From contig OX597821.1 in NCBI GenBank assembly GCA_951406725.2, forward strand, positions 83,452,001 to 83,516,000: a DNA stretch of 64,000 nucleotides. Reading direction: 5' to 3'. The position numbers and the translations under genes are program-made. Source of the DNA: Octopus vulgaris. Lineage: Eukaryota. A model generated the notes under the pieces. That model searched no databases. It worked only from the letters and a program-made list of their open reading frames with translations, and was not told the DNA's origin. Below are positions 26,089 to 38,849 of the stretch, piece after piece (the stretch's first letter is position 1; every line of letters begins with the position of its first letter).

Positions 26089-27319
26089 TCAGGTCATTAA
26101 GAATGAAGTGTTCAGTTTTCTTATGCATCGAGTTAGACAGTTGTTAACTCTAATCCTGACAATTCTTTGTTTTACAACATTGAAGAATTATATCATCACT
26201 TTTCGAAATGCAATTCATGGTGTCTGATTATATTGAGAGTTTTCTCTTGTAAATCAATTTTTGTGAACCCATGGATAGATAAAAAATTCATGCTGTTCTG
26301 TCATAGAATCAATGCATCTCAGATAGCTTGAAACACCAACAAGGTGTTTGGTGAAGATGTAGCAAATGAGCACACTGTATGTCGATGATCTGAGAAGTTC
26401 CGGTCTGATGACTTTACTCTTGGAAATCAGCCCCATGGTAGATCTGAAACCAATGATGAGCTGGAAACTGTAGTTGACGCAGATACATCTCAAACTACAG
26501 GTGAGTTAGCAGCAAACTCTATTGGACCATCTGAAACAAATCAGCAAGGTAAAGAACCTGGACAAGTGGGTCCCATATGAACTGAACGAGCATCAAATGA
26601 CACGTCATCTTGAAACTTGCTGTTCTTTGCTGTCATGGCATAAAAGTGAGCCATTTTGGCATCATATTATGTGTGATGAAAAATGGATTCTTTTCAACAA
26701 TAGCAAGCATTCTGCACGGTGGCTGGATAGAGACAAAGTGCCAAAACACAATCCAAAAGAGAATTTTCACCAAAAGAAGCTAATGGTGTCTGTTTGGTGG
26801 TCCAGTGCTGGTGGCATTCACTACAGCTTCATGACACCTGGTAAGTCAATTACAGCAGATGTATACATCAACTAATTGGATGAAATGATGAATGAACCTG
26901 CAATTAAACAACCGAGATTGATAAACAGAGACAGGCCAATTCTCTTGCAAGACAATGCTTGACCACATGTTGCACAAAGAATGCTACAGAAGTTGCAGGA
27001 ATTGAACTTGGAAGTACTCTGTCATCCACCATATTCACTAGACTTTGCACCAACTGACAATCATGTTTTCCAGGCATTAGACAACTTTTTACAAGGAGAA
27101 ACTTCAAGTCTGAAGAAAACGCAAAAACAGCCTTTCATGATTTCTTCACCTCTTGCGCTCCAGAATTCTTTGCTGCTGGCATAAATAAGCAACCGATAAA
27201 ATGGTAAAATTGTGTTGATAATTGAGGTGCATACTTTGATTAAATACATTGCTTTTTGTTGAGATAAAGTAAAATAAACTTTCAGTTCAAAACCGGACAT
27301 TTCATTCTTAATGATCTGA
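26089..27319 (+). mobile_element. Near full-length degenerate mariner inserted in a SINE
   Basis: TIRs TCAGGTCATTAAGAATGAAGTG / CATTTCATTCTTAATGATCTGA. Motifs WVPYEL, CDEKW, QDNA and HPPYSLDFAPTD, with frameshifts. Splits a minus-strand family-A SINE at its TA/TG tract. Confidence 0.95.
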
Positions 27320-28598
27320 TATGTATATATACATATATATATACACACACAACAGGTTTCCACGCTGTCTTGGTCAACCAAATTCACTCACAAGGCATTG
27401 GTTAACCAGGGTCTTTACCATAAGACACTTGCCTCAGGTGCCACAGAGTGGGACTGAACCCAAAGCTACATGGTTGCAAAGCAAGCTTCTTAACCATACA
27501 GCCACGCCTGCACCTAGAATTATACTTTTTGACCTGCCAGAACACGAAAAGGTTACTGCAAAAGAGAGGTGCAAATAGTGACCACTAATTTAGGTAGTGT
27601 TTGAAAATAAATTCTCCAGTGATGTCCCACTCATCCAATAATCCCTTAAACACTCTGACTTTTACACAAAATATTATTCTCATAAGCCATCTAGGGAAAT
27701 ATCAGCTAAATCTGCCTCAAATTACTTTCTAGTTTTGATAAGGGATGAGTGTGGATAATATGGAGCTAGATATTTAAATGTCTGAGAGAAGAATCGGGTG
27801 GTCATGGTTGGAACAGCTTTGTTTATTGGTTTGTTCAGTGAGGTCAGACGTGGGGTTGCTTAGCAACAAGGACAATAAATATATCGTTCCCACCTTTTTC
27901 GCATTTAATCTTAGAGCAAATCTACTTCTACAGTTTGTGTTATACACTGTAACATAACACACACATATATACAGCCACACACAACACACACAAAGTAATA
28001 ATCTTCGAATACCAGCACATACACACAAATACATAACCACCAACACTGACGCCACCATTGCCACCATCACCACCGCCGCCGTTGTCCTCATTATCAGTTT
28101 GGCCTTTAAACAAGCTTCTCCACTCCCTCCCTAAACATTATTAGACAAAATGTAAGTTAAATACTATAAACTCTAATAAAAATATAACTGATACAAATTG
28201 CCTCGTTAAATAATAATTTCCGAGATTGACCCAGGGCCAGAAATTTGGAGGGTGGTGGGGAAGTATAGTTTATAAAAACAACACAAGTTCTTGACTGGCA
28301 CTTTATTTTACTGACCCTTTGTGGGATTTTAACGAATAAAATAAAATGATAAAACCTAACTGACACCCATAAAAACTTCTCATTTCACCGCTCGGTCAGC
28401 TTTGGAAAAAGATTTACTTAAAGATATCTTCACTTCAAAAATAATATTCTTTTCCTCTTTTACTTGTTTCTGTCATTTGACTGCAGCCATGCTGGAGCAC
28501 TGCCTTTAGTCGAGCAAATTGACCCCAGGACTTATTCTTTGTAAGCCTAGTACTTATTCTATCGAACTCTTTTGCCGAACCGCTAATTTACAGGGATG

Positions 28599-28692
28599 TG
28601 AGTGTAGTGGGTGCTTTTACGTGCCACCCGCACAGGTGCCAGCCCTGTCTGGCACCTGTGCGGGTGGCACGTAAAAGCACCCACTACACTCA
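28599..28692. repeat. Perfect 44-bp inverted repeat with 6-nt loop
   Basis: 28599-28642 is the exact reverse complement of 28649-28692; loop CCCTGT. Confidence 0.95.
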
Positions 28693-29369
28693 TGGAGTGG
28701 TTGGCGTTAGGAAGGGCATCCAGCCGTAGAAACACTGCCAGATCAGACTGGGCCTGATGCAGCCTTCTGGCTTCACAGACCCCAGTTGAACCGTCCAACC
28801 CATGCTAGCATGGAAAGCGGACGCTAAATGATGATGATGATGATGATGTAAACACACTAGCATCTGTTGTCAAGTGATGTTGGGGGGACAAACACAGACA
28901 CACAAACATATACACACACACATATACATACATATATATGACAGGCTTCTTTCAGTTTCCATCTACCAATTCCCCTCACAAGGTTTTGGTCGGCCCGAGG
29001 ATATAGTAGAAGACACTTGCCCAAGGTGCCATGCAGTGGAACTGAACCCAGAACCATGTGGTTGGTAAGCAAGCTACTTACCACACAGCCACAATGTTTT
29101 ATGTTTTAGTTGTTTCAGACACTAGACTGTGGCCATGATAGAGCATTACCTCAAAGGGTTTTAGTCAAACAAACTGACCCCAACATTTTTTTTTAAAGCT
29201 TGGCACTTATTCTATGGACCTTTTATGTTGAACCACTCAGTCATAGGGATGTAAATAAACCAATAATGGTTGTCAAGTGGTGGGTATAAACACATACACC
29301 CTCCCACACACACTAACACACAGAGAAGAAACTTGTATATATATATATATATATATAAGCAGTTAAGTA

Positions 29370-29572
29370 TATGTCTGGTCACAAAGTGACCAATGGTTTC
29401 ACATCCATAAGGCACTTAGCCTTATGGATGACACATCAGACCCTGATGGTGGAGGGCATATGCCTCTAATTTGAAGAGATGTATACCCTCTGCCAATAGG
29501 GTCTGATGAGTCATCCATAGGGCTAAGTGCCTTATGGATGTGAAACCACTGGTCACTGTATGACTGGACATA
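29370..29572. mobile_element. Palindromic MITE (~97-bp arms)
   Basis: The left arm matches the reverse complement of the right arm along almost the whole element. TA at both ends; internal hairpin CATCCATAAGGC-ACTTA-GCCTTATGGATG. Confidence 0.85.
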
Positions 29573-30747
29573 ACTGAATATAAGTACATTATTGCTCTAT
29601 AGTTTGTGGTGTTTTGGATATACACTGACTATATATATATATATGCATACACACACACACATATATATACATATACATATACAGACACGGGAGTGGCTGT
29701 GTGGTAAGTAGCCTGCTTACCAACCATATGGTTCTGGGTTCAGTCCCACTGTGTGGCACCTTGGGTAAGTGTCTTCCACTATAGCCTCAGGCTGACCAAA
29801 GCCTTGTGAGTGGATCTGGTAGATGGGAACTAAAAGAAGCCCGTCGTATGTGTGTGTGTGTGTGTGTGTGTGTGTCTGTTTTTGTCCCCCAACATCACTT
29901 GACAACTAATGCTGGTGTGTTTACTTCTCCGTAACTTAGCGGTTTGGCAAAAGAGACTGATAGAATATGTACTAGGCTTACACAGAATAATTCCTGGGGT
30001 CAACTTGCTCGCCTAAAGGCGGTACTCCAGCATGGCCGCAGTCAGATGACTGAAACAAGTAAAAGAATAAATGATTTAGAGAAAATCCACTATTAAGCAA
30101 TTCACTAAAGAAAGATGTTATTCACCCCATATAGAAAACATATACTATAAAAAAACACACCTTATTTTAAATCAATAAAGTACAATGAATAGTAAATAGT
30201 CATAAAAAGACTACACCTGTTTCATATCAGTGATGATCTGTGTTACTTCTTACTCTAATTTATATATTCATATCTTCTATCTAGATAAAAATAATAAATG
30301 GTTTTCTATATATATACATATAACAAGCTTCTTTTAGTTTCCATTTCCCAAATCCATTCACAAGGTTTTGGTCAGCCTGGTAGCAGAATATACTTGCCCA
30401 AGGTGCCACATAATGGGACTGAACCTGGAACCATTTATTATTTTTATCTAGATAGAAGATATAAATATATAAATTAGAGTAAGAAGTAACGGACAGTCCA
30501 TCACTGATGATAAAGCCAAGATGCAGAAGTTGTAAAGTGACCACCCAATTAAAACAGAAAGAAACTCACAATTCAGAGATAGCCAACTTGAGTTGACTTT
30601 GTCACACAGAGAGAGAGAGAGAGAGTGAAAGGGAGAGAGAGGGAGAGCAAGAAAGGGAGAGAGAGACTGAAGCTAATGTAAAGTGGAGGTGAAGTAGAAG
30701 AAAGTAACACCTCATCTAATAGAAAACCTTTCATGCTGTGACAATCT

Positions 30748-30812
30748 CGACCGCCACTTCCGGCCAATTAAGACTTTATCTTTACCACTTCCGACTACAT
30801 CCCAATTACAGC
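30748..30812. promoter_or_regulatory. CpG-retaining island with two ETS sites and an ACTACA..CCCA-like motif (alternatively a coding exon)
   Basis: CCACTTCCGG and CCACTTCCGA about 30 bp apart, then GACTACATCCCA. Several CpGs are retained in CpG-poor surroundings. Confidence 0.3.
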
Positions 30813-33326
30813 TTGTTGGAATGATGACTAAACAGAAAGCTATACACCGTAACCTCAACATTCAAAGCTGTCTGTTGCACTGACATCTAACTATTATAAT
30901 TATTAGAAAGAAATATGAACATTTCAAAATATATGACATGGTTTTTACAATAAAGTTTTCCTTCTTTTTCTTTTTTATTACCGTTTTAAATATTCATTTT
31001 CCATATTAACTAGGACAGTTACATTCTTTGAGTAGGTGATTGTTGCAGTTATTTAGGACAACATTATTGAATATCTTCTATTTTATATTTGTTTCAGTCA
31101 CTGGACTGTGGCCATGCTGAAGTACTGCCTTGAAAAGTTTTAGTCAAACAAATCAACCCTAGCACTTTTTTAAAAAAAATTTGGTACTTATTTTATTGGC
31201 CTATACTGCGGAACTACAAAGTCACAGGGACATAAACAAAACAACACCAGTTGTCAAGCAGTGGTGGAGACAAACACAGGCATAAAGACACATACATACA
31301 TACATACATACTACATCATCATCATCATCATCATCATCATCCATCCATCCATCCATACATACATACATTACATACATACATACATTACACACACACACAC
31401 ACACACACACAAATACATATGAAGGGCTTCTACAGAGTTTCTGCCTACGAAATTCACTCACCAGACATTGGTTGGTTCAGGGTCAACTTTGTCCAGTGTA
31501 CTGTGGAGTGGGACTGAACCTGAAACTGTGGTCGCAAAGTGAGCTTCTTAACCACACAGCCATACCTGTGCCTATGCTTTTTGTCTTGGTTTTATGATGG
31601 TGAGGTTATTGTTCAAGGAAGATATGACTGTTATTTCTATCCAGTTGAAAAACCATTTAAGCAGCACCCTTGATGGCTCATTTGAATAGCCTTTTTTTTT
31701 TTAAAATAGCCATTCAGTTCTAATATAAGTTAGGAATCTTAGAAAAGCCACAACAGCTATAATAGAAATTGAACTTATGACCATACAATTCCTTGTCGAG
31801 TAAATTACCCTCACAACTTATTTTGTCTCTATTCAACTGAAAATTCTATATAATTTCAAAATTTCAAATCAGAGGGGTTCAAATAACAAAAGATAATTGT
31901 AAAGACTTCTTTTTCTTCAATCCAAACTATACACGAGTAAATAAAGTAATATCTTACAAAAGGCACACAAATCACAAATTTACGAGAAGAGGAGAACTGA
32001 GATTATGAGACATTAATATCTCCTGCAACAGCATTAATGCTATAATTGATGTAATCTGCTTTCAGCTGGGAAATGAAAGTGTCTGTTGTATGTGACCAGC
32101 GCTAAGAACATGGCTTTGGCTCCACAGCAGTGATCACACTAGACATCATTTAGACAGGAAAGCAATATATTCTGTTTTACCAATCTTTATTATCACAGTG
32201 TCCACAGTTAAATCTAATTACCTAAAATTCACGATTAATTAAGAAATCTTGAAATGTAAAGAGTGAAAAGAGATTCCTGATTCTCAGACAGTGAATTCCC
32301 ATTCCAACTGCGTCATTAACCTTGAAGTTATGAAGTTAAGACCAAGTTTCTTAACCAACTGTTCTATGTAGCCATTAATTTACTCAATTTATTCTTCCTC
32401 ACTTATCACCCATATAGATAAATGCATCGACAAGGGAGCTTCTACAAGGATGTTGGACCTACTTAAAATAAGAGCCAAATTCCCCTTAAATCGTACCATC
32501 TTCTTTGTAAAGGAAATATTGTATAATGTCATTTTCGATATGCTGTCTGAAAATACAGTGAAATAAGGTCATGTCTGGAACAATATGAATTTTGGCCTAC
32601 AAGACCAGAACAAAACCGGAGCTAAACAACTCTTACTTGGCTTGACTAACTGCTAAAGATACAAGATCTCCTTTGAAAACCAGTGGTTTCAAAGTGACAA
32701 ATACTAGACCACCCTTCTCCAAATGACAACAACAACAACAATAATAGCAGTGAAATTATTTTTTCTTGCTCCTCTCTTTATGAATGAAAAGACAAGACAG
32801 AGTTTGCATCCATAAAATCCTTCTCTCTTTGCCATGGTCTTGGACAAATTTAAAAGTCTGAAGCCATCACAATTTTATTAAACATAGCAATTAATCAGCT
32901 CAGTTTACAATTCCTACAGCATTCCTGTTTGTCTATGAAAAACACTGTTCTAAATCACCAAACATTTACCAAGTGCCATATGCCAATGCAATGTACTCTG
33001 GTACAGAAATGAAGTGACTGAGTGCATATCATAACAACTGGAAGGCTTTGAGCTTAAAACCACAATGTAAGGATTTCACTGAGTATTTGGAATGTATTTA
33101 GGTGATAATCTTAGAACATCACCTGTCTCAGACTGCCATTCTGTTCATATAACGTCAAGAAACCAGAGCTGAGCACTGGTTAGTAAACATCCTTTTATAC
33201 TATTTTTTACCTCTAACTTTTATCTTTTACTTGTTTCAGTCATTGGACTGTGGCCATGCTGGGGCACTGTTTTGAAGTGTTTTGTCAAACAAATCAACCC
33301 CAGTTGTCAAGTATGGACACACACTG

Positions 33327-33411
<85 letters not shown>

Positions 33412-33865
33412 TGTCATCATTATCATCATTTAATGTCTGTTGTCCATGCTGGCATGGGTTGGACGTTGTGATCAGAACTGGCAAGCTGGGGAGCTGCACT
33501 AGACTCCAGTCTGATTTGGCATGGTTCCTATGGCTGGATGCCCTTCCTGATGCCAACCACTTTACAGAGTGTGCTGGATGTTTTTACGTGGCATCACACG
33601 GACACTTGCAAGTGATGCCGCACAGGTGCTGTTATATGTTGCCGCATGGGCACTTTTATTTGTTGTCACATGGGCGATTTTACATGTTGCTGCACGGGCA
33701 GTGCTTTTATGTGGCAGAAAGGCATCCAGCCATAGAAACCATGCCAAAACAGACAATTGGAGCCTGGTGCAGCTCTCCGGCCTTGTCAGCACCTGTGAAA
33801 CCATCCAACCCAAACCAGCACGGAAAACAGATTTAAAATAATGATGATGATGATGATAATGATAT

Positions 33866-33903
33866 ATCACTTCTTGGCCTTTTGACTAAGATCAAAGTGT
33901 AGT
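33866..33903 (+). pseudogene. U2: 3'-truncated U2 snRNA pseudogene (nt 1-38)
   Basis: ATCACTTCTTGGCCTTTTGACTAAGATCAAAGTGTAGT versus U2 5' end ATCGCTTCTCGGCCTTTTGGCTAAGATCAAAGTGTAGT: 3 mismatches, two of them at CpGs. Runs directly into (GT)n. Confidence 0.85.
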
Positions 33904-34499
33904 GTGTGTGTGTGTGTGTGTATGTGTACATGACAGGTTTCTAACAAACAAGGTACCACACAGTGAGGTTGAACCCCAAATCACATGGTTCCAAAGTGAG
34001 CTTCTTAAACACACAACCATTCCTGCATCCAGCATTTTTTTTTTAAATTATTTTTGTCCGACACTTTGTCCCAGACCGAACTGAATCAAGGTACAGATTT
34101 TATGGGATGTTTTAAATGTTAAATTGACTGACGCAGTTAAAGAATAACAACAACAATAACAACAACAGCAACTACAACATTTAGTTGCCTTATTAAAAAA
34201 CAAATAAAAATCAATAAACCACATTAGTAAAAGTATTGGTTTCCATGATGCTGCTTGTGACTGCAGAACATACCAGTGTCATAGAGTATCTAGAGTTCGA
34301 TAGATTCTGGCCTCATCAATATTGTCCTTTGATCAAAGCACACCAATTCTACCATTCCACATCTCTAACAAGACCTCTGAAGCTTTGTCAAATATCCATT
34401 CTCAAACTGAATAACATGGCTCATAGATTTCACATAACATTTTGGCTTTTAAGCACATTCTTATAACCGTATATAAGGTGGGCGTGTGGTTGTTTTCCA

Positions 34500-34778
34500 A
34501 GGTGTGCATATCTATATCTGAGTGTATACTTGTGTTAGTCCATATGTATGTGTGTGTATGTATGTGCGTGCATGTGTGTGTGTGACATTGCATATAAAAG
34601 TCGCATTTTTTTAGTAGTGTATAGGTATGTGTATGTATTCCAATATATTTGAATGCAAGTATATATGCGGGTGGGTAAGTATGTGTGTGTGTGTGTGTGT
34701 GATGCGTATGCATGTGTGATGTGATGTGTGTGCATGTGTGTGTGGAGAGCAAGAGAGAGAGAGAGAAAGTGAGAGAGG

Positions 34779-34819
<41 letters not shown>

Positions 34820-35114
34820 TATGTTGTGTGTGTTAGTATATATAAACTACTAGTCACACATGTATATATTTGTGAACATAGGTGTTGAAGTGTGTTTATG
34901 TATTGGTAATTTGTGTATGTTTATGTATGACAGTACCAGTGACAGAGGATATATGGGTACACACACACACACACACACACGCACACATATATATGATGTA
35001 GGTATACATGTATGTATATGTGCATATGTATGTGTAAATATTACAAGTGTGTGAATATATGTCAGTATGTCAGTGTATGTTAGATATGTTAAGATATATA
35101 CTAGTAAGTACGGT

Positions 35115-35145
<31 letters not shown>

Positions 35146-35461
35146 CAGTTTAAATTATCCCCTCCGCCATCCTAACGCAGTTCAATAGAGACCAATACAT
35201 TAGATCAATATGTGTTAAACAGCCATAGAACATATTCAGTGATTTAGATAAAAGAACCAGATCAAACACAACAATCACGTTAGATCTTCAGAGGACAGCC
35301 ATATATATTGAGTCTCTCTCTCTCTCTTTCTCACACTCACATACATATATTGCTTTTTGTGTGTATGTATGTGTGCGTGCATACACATACACATGTGTGC
35401 CTCTACAAGCACATATAGATATGCATATGTACACACACACACACATATATATGTATATATA

Positions 35462-35497
<36 letters not shown>

Positions 35498-35584
35498 TGT
35501 ATGTATGTATGTACATATATGATGCGACAGTTCCTTTCTTTCTCTCTCTCTCTCTCTCTCTGTATATATATATGTATGCATATA

Positions 35585-35635
<51 letters not shown>

Positions 35636-35762
35636 GTACATATGTATGTATGTGTGTATATATATATATATATGTATATATATGTATGTGTGTGTATATA
35701 TATATGTGTATATATGTGTATGTGTGTGTGTGTATATATATATATACATACATATGTATGTA

Positions 35763-35816
<54 letters not shown>

Positions 35817-36420
35817 CACGCCTACACACACATAGAGGTACAGGTGTGGGAGTATGTAAACAGACATTTATACACACGCACATATATATAATTTATATTA
35901 TCATTATACGCTGATTTATGAACAACCTGTTTATATTTAAATGATTATACACTCATAAGACCTTATGCGATTCGAACATGATTTTTCAAGGGTTCAGGAG
36001 GAACCAAACCCTCGATTATTGAATATTGGAAAATGCAAACTAAACTAGGCTGGGTTTCTTTGCATTTGTTCAAAAGTGTAAACCCAAGACTTACCACCCT
36101 CAACTTAACTGTTACATCTGTGGTGTGTGTGTGTGTGTGTGTGTGTGCATACATGTGTACTTGTATATATATAAAGAGAGAGGGGGAGAGAAAGGAGGGA
36201 GGGAGGGAGTGGAGAGAGATACAGGGAGACTGTATGTATGTATGTATGTATGTGTGTATGTATGTATGTGTGTATGTATGTATGTATGTATGTATGTATG
36301 TATGTGTGTGTGCATGTATGTATGTACGTATGTGTGTATGTATATATGTATGTATGTATGTATGTGTGTATGTATGTGTATGTATGTATGTATGCATGCA
36401 TGCATGTATGTATGTATGTA

Positions 36421-36451
<31 letters not shown>

Positions 36452-36605
36452 ATGTATGTATATATATATGTATGTATGTATGTGTGTATGTATGTGTATG
36501 TATGTATGTATGCATGTATGTATGTATGTATGTATATATGTGTGTATGTATGTATGTATGTGTGTATGTATGTATGTATGTATGTGTGCGTGCATGTATG
36601 TATAT
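34500..36605. repeat. Compound microsatellite field (TG, TA, GA, TATG)
   Basis: Directly visible; source of the YIHT/CVCM pseudo-ORFs. Confidence 0.95.
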
Positions 36606-37096
36606 TAATCTACTGATCAAAAATATATTTTATGGCTTTGTAAGAGTTGATTAGCTGTAGCTGGAGCACTCAACGAGAATTCTCTGTAGGTAACTTTGCA
36701 CACGGTTTTTATATCTCTCTTGGTGATCCAGATAATGTGAAGCTTCCAGCTAAGACTGGAATGGAGAGTGGATGGATACCAAAGTATATTGCTTGGTAAA
36801 CACTTTTGAAACAGGAGAGGAATACAAAACACAAATACTGCTGTGCAAATTGATTCATCTTTGGTGACTGGACTCAACGTTTGACATTTGTCTCAGTTTT
36901 AAAACTCCATTAGCTAATTTTTTTTTTTTTTTATCAATATAAAAAAAATGACTGAGGTATTCTTATAACCTTGAATAATCTTTTAGAATTATTCTGAGAG
37001 CAAAAGATTAAAAAGAGACCAAAAGTAGAAGTAATGGATTTACATATGTTATTTAGGCACAGTAAAAATGTGAAGTTGAATAGTGGTTCCTTAGAC

Positions 37097-38829
37097 CAGG
37101 AGTTCTCAAACTTTTTTGCGCCATGGACTGGTTCCAAGCAGAACAGTTTTTCCAAAGACCAAAGGATCACACACATAACAAAACACAATAAAGTGCATAA
37201 TATAAATTTAATTACTTCATATATAAAACATATACATTATAAGTACAGGCATGCTTGTGTAGTAAGAAGCTTTCTTCCCAACCACATGATTCCTCATTCA
37301 GTCCCACTGTGTGGCACCTTGGGCAAGTATCTTCTACTATAGCCTCGGACCGACCAAAGCCTTGTGAGTGGATTTGGTAGACAGAAACTGAAAGAAGCCT
37401 GTCGTGTATATACGTATTGGGTCATCCCATAAATAATGTGGTTTTATCAATTGCATGAACTAAAAGTTGGAGAGGGGGACGGGATAAACCATCTGCATCA
37501 ACTTGTTATAAAAGCAAGTAGTAATTTTACCTTGTCCTTATTCTTAGTGTAAGTTTTGAAGAGTGCAGTTTGATTTTAACAATTATTTTCTCAAAGCTAT
37601 AACGGAAGTGACAAAGAAGCATATTCAGCATATTTTGCTTTATGAATTCAATAAAGGCAATAACGCAAAGGAAAGTGTGAGGGATATTAATGCAGCATAT
37701 GGGGATCAGACAATAAGTGTAGGGTAGTGTCAACAGTGGTTCCAGAAATTCCGAGCTGGAAACTACAGCTTAGAAGACAAGCCTCATCCTGGGTGATCTG
37801 TAGAGCTCAATGAGGACATTCTGCAAACCTTGGTGGAACAAAATCTCATCATAACTGTTGAGGAACTAGCAGAGAAGCTTGGATTTGGTCCTTCAACCAG
37901 CTTTTCAAGTCAGTGCCAGAAGTAAAATGACCATCTTTGGTTTCAAGACAAAAGGTGTTCTTCCTTCAGGATAATGCTCGGCTACATACAGCAGGGATGA
38001 CATTCTAATGGCTGGAGGAGCTTGAATGGGAAACGATGCTCCACCCACAATATTCGCCAGACATTGCCCCATCCGATTATCATTCATTCTGTAGTCTTCA
38101 AAATTATTTGAATGGAAAAAAAATATGAATTCTGTAGACGAGGTCAGAACAATACTGGAGGAGTATTTTTCATCACAGACAAGCAAATTTTGGAAGAGGG
38201 GCCTTGCAAGTCTACCAGACAGATGGAAGAGCATTGTAGAAAATGAAGGAGAGCATATTTTAGATTAAAAAAGAACCTTGTTTATCTTGTGTCTGGGGAG
38301 AGTCATTTTCTTTTTGTGCCGTATAATCTAACTGATAAAATTTCCACTTTTTTCTTATTTTTATTTTCCTAAAATTTTCCGCATTATTTATGGAACAATC
38401 CAATATATATGCATGTATGTGTCTGTCTTTGTGTCTGTGTTTGACTCTCAGCACCGCTTAACAACAGGTGTTGGTGTGCTTATGTCCTTGTAAACAGCAA
38501 AAGAGACTGAAAGAATAAGTACCAGGTTTAAAAAGTAAGTTCTAGGGTAGATTTGTTTGACAAAAACCCTTCAAGATGGTGCTCCAGCATGGCTGCAGTC
38601 ACTTGACTGAAAAAGGTTTAAAAGCAAAAGATAAAAGATATATATAATGTAAAATCATCCTGCAAACTGCAATAGTCAATAAAATAGAAATAAAATTTAA
38701 AGGCAGTGCTCCAGCATGGCCACAGTCAAATGACTGAAACAAGTAAAAAGAAAAAGAGTAAAAGAGTAATTGTTCTTTCTGTGTGGTCTGGTACGAAACA
38801 GTCCATGGCTTGGTGGTGGGGGACTCCTG
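37097..38829. mobile_element. hAT MITE carrying nested SINE and mariner insertions
   Basis: Ends CAGGAGTTCTCAAAC ... GTGGGGGACTCCTG; TSD ccttagac / cctcagac. Confidence 0.75.
37417..38403 (+). mobile_element. Degenerate, internally deleted mariner
   Basis: TIRs TTGGGTCATCCCATAAATAATG / CATTATTTATGGAACAATCCAA with TA flanks. Peptides HIQHILLYEFNKGNNA..WFQKFRAGNYSLED and LQDNA..HPQYSPDIAPSDYH. Confidence 0.93.
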
Positions 38830-38849
38830 CCTCAGACTATAAAATATAA

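Noticed and set aside
27774-28091. 105-aa hydrophobic ORF (MRTTAAVVMVAMV...)
   Set aside because: Hydrophobicity derives from GGT and TG low-complexity tracts, and the end lies in a repeat. Only 27894-27946 is kept, as a speculative exon.
34402-36654. Many long overlapping ORFs (YIHT, CVCMY)
   Set aside because: Translations of TA/TG/TATG microsatellites, which lack stop codons in most frames.
36690-36795. Plus-strand AG..GT open segment (NFAHGFYISLGDPDNVKLP...)
   Set aside because: Weak acceptor, no partner plus-strand exons found and no recognisable homology.
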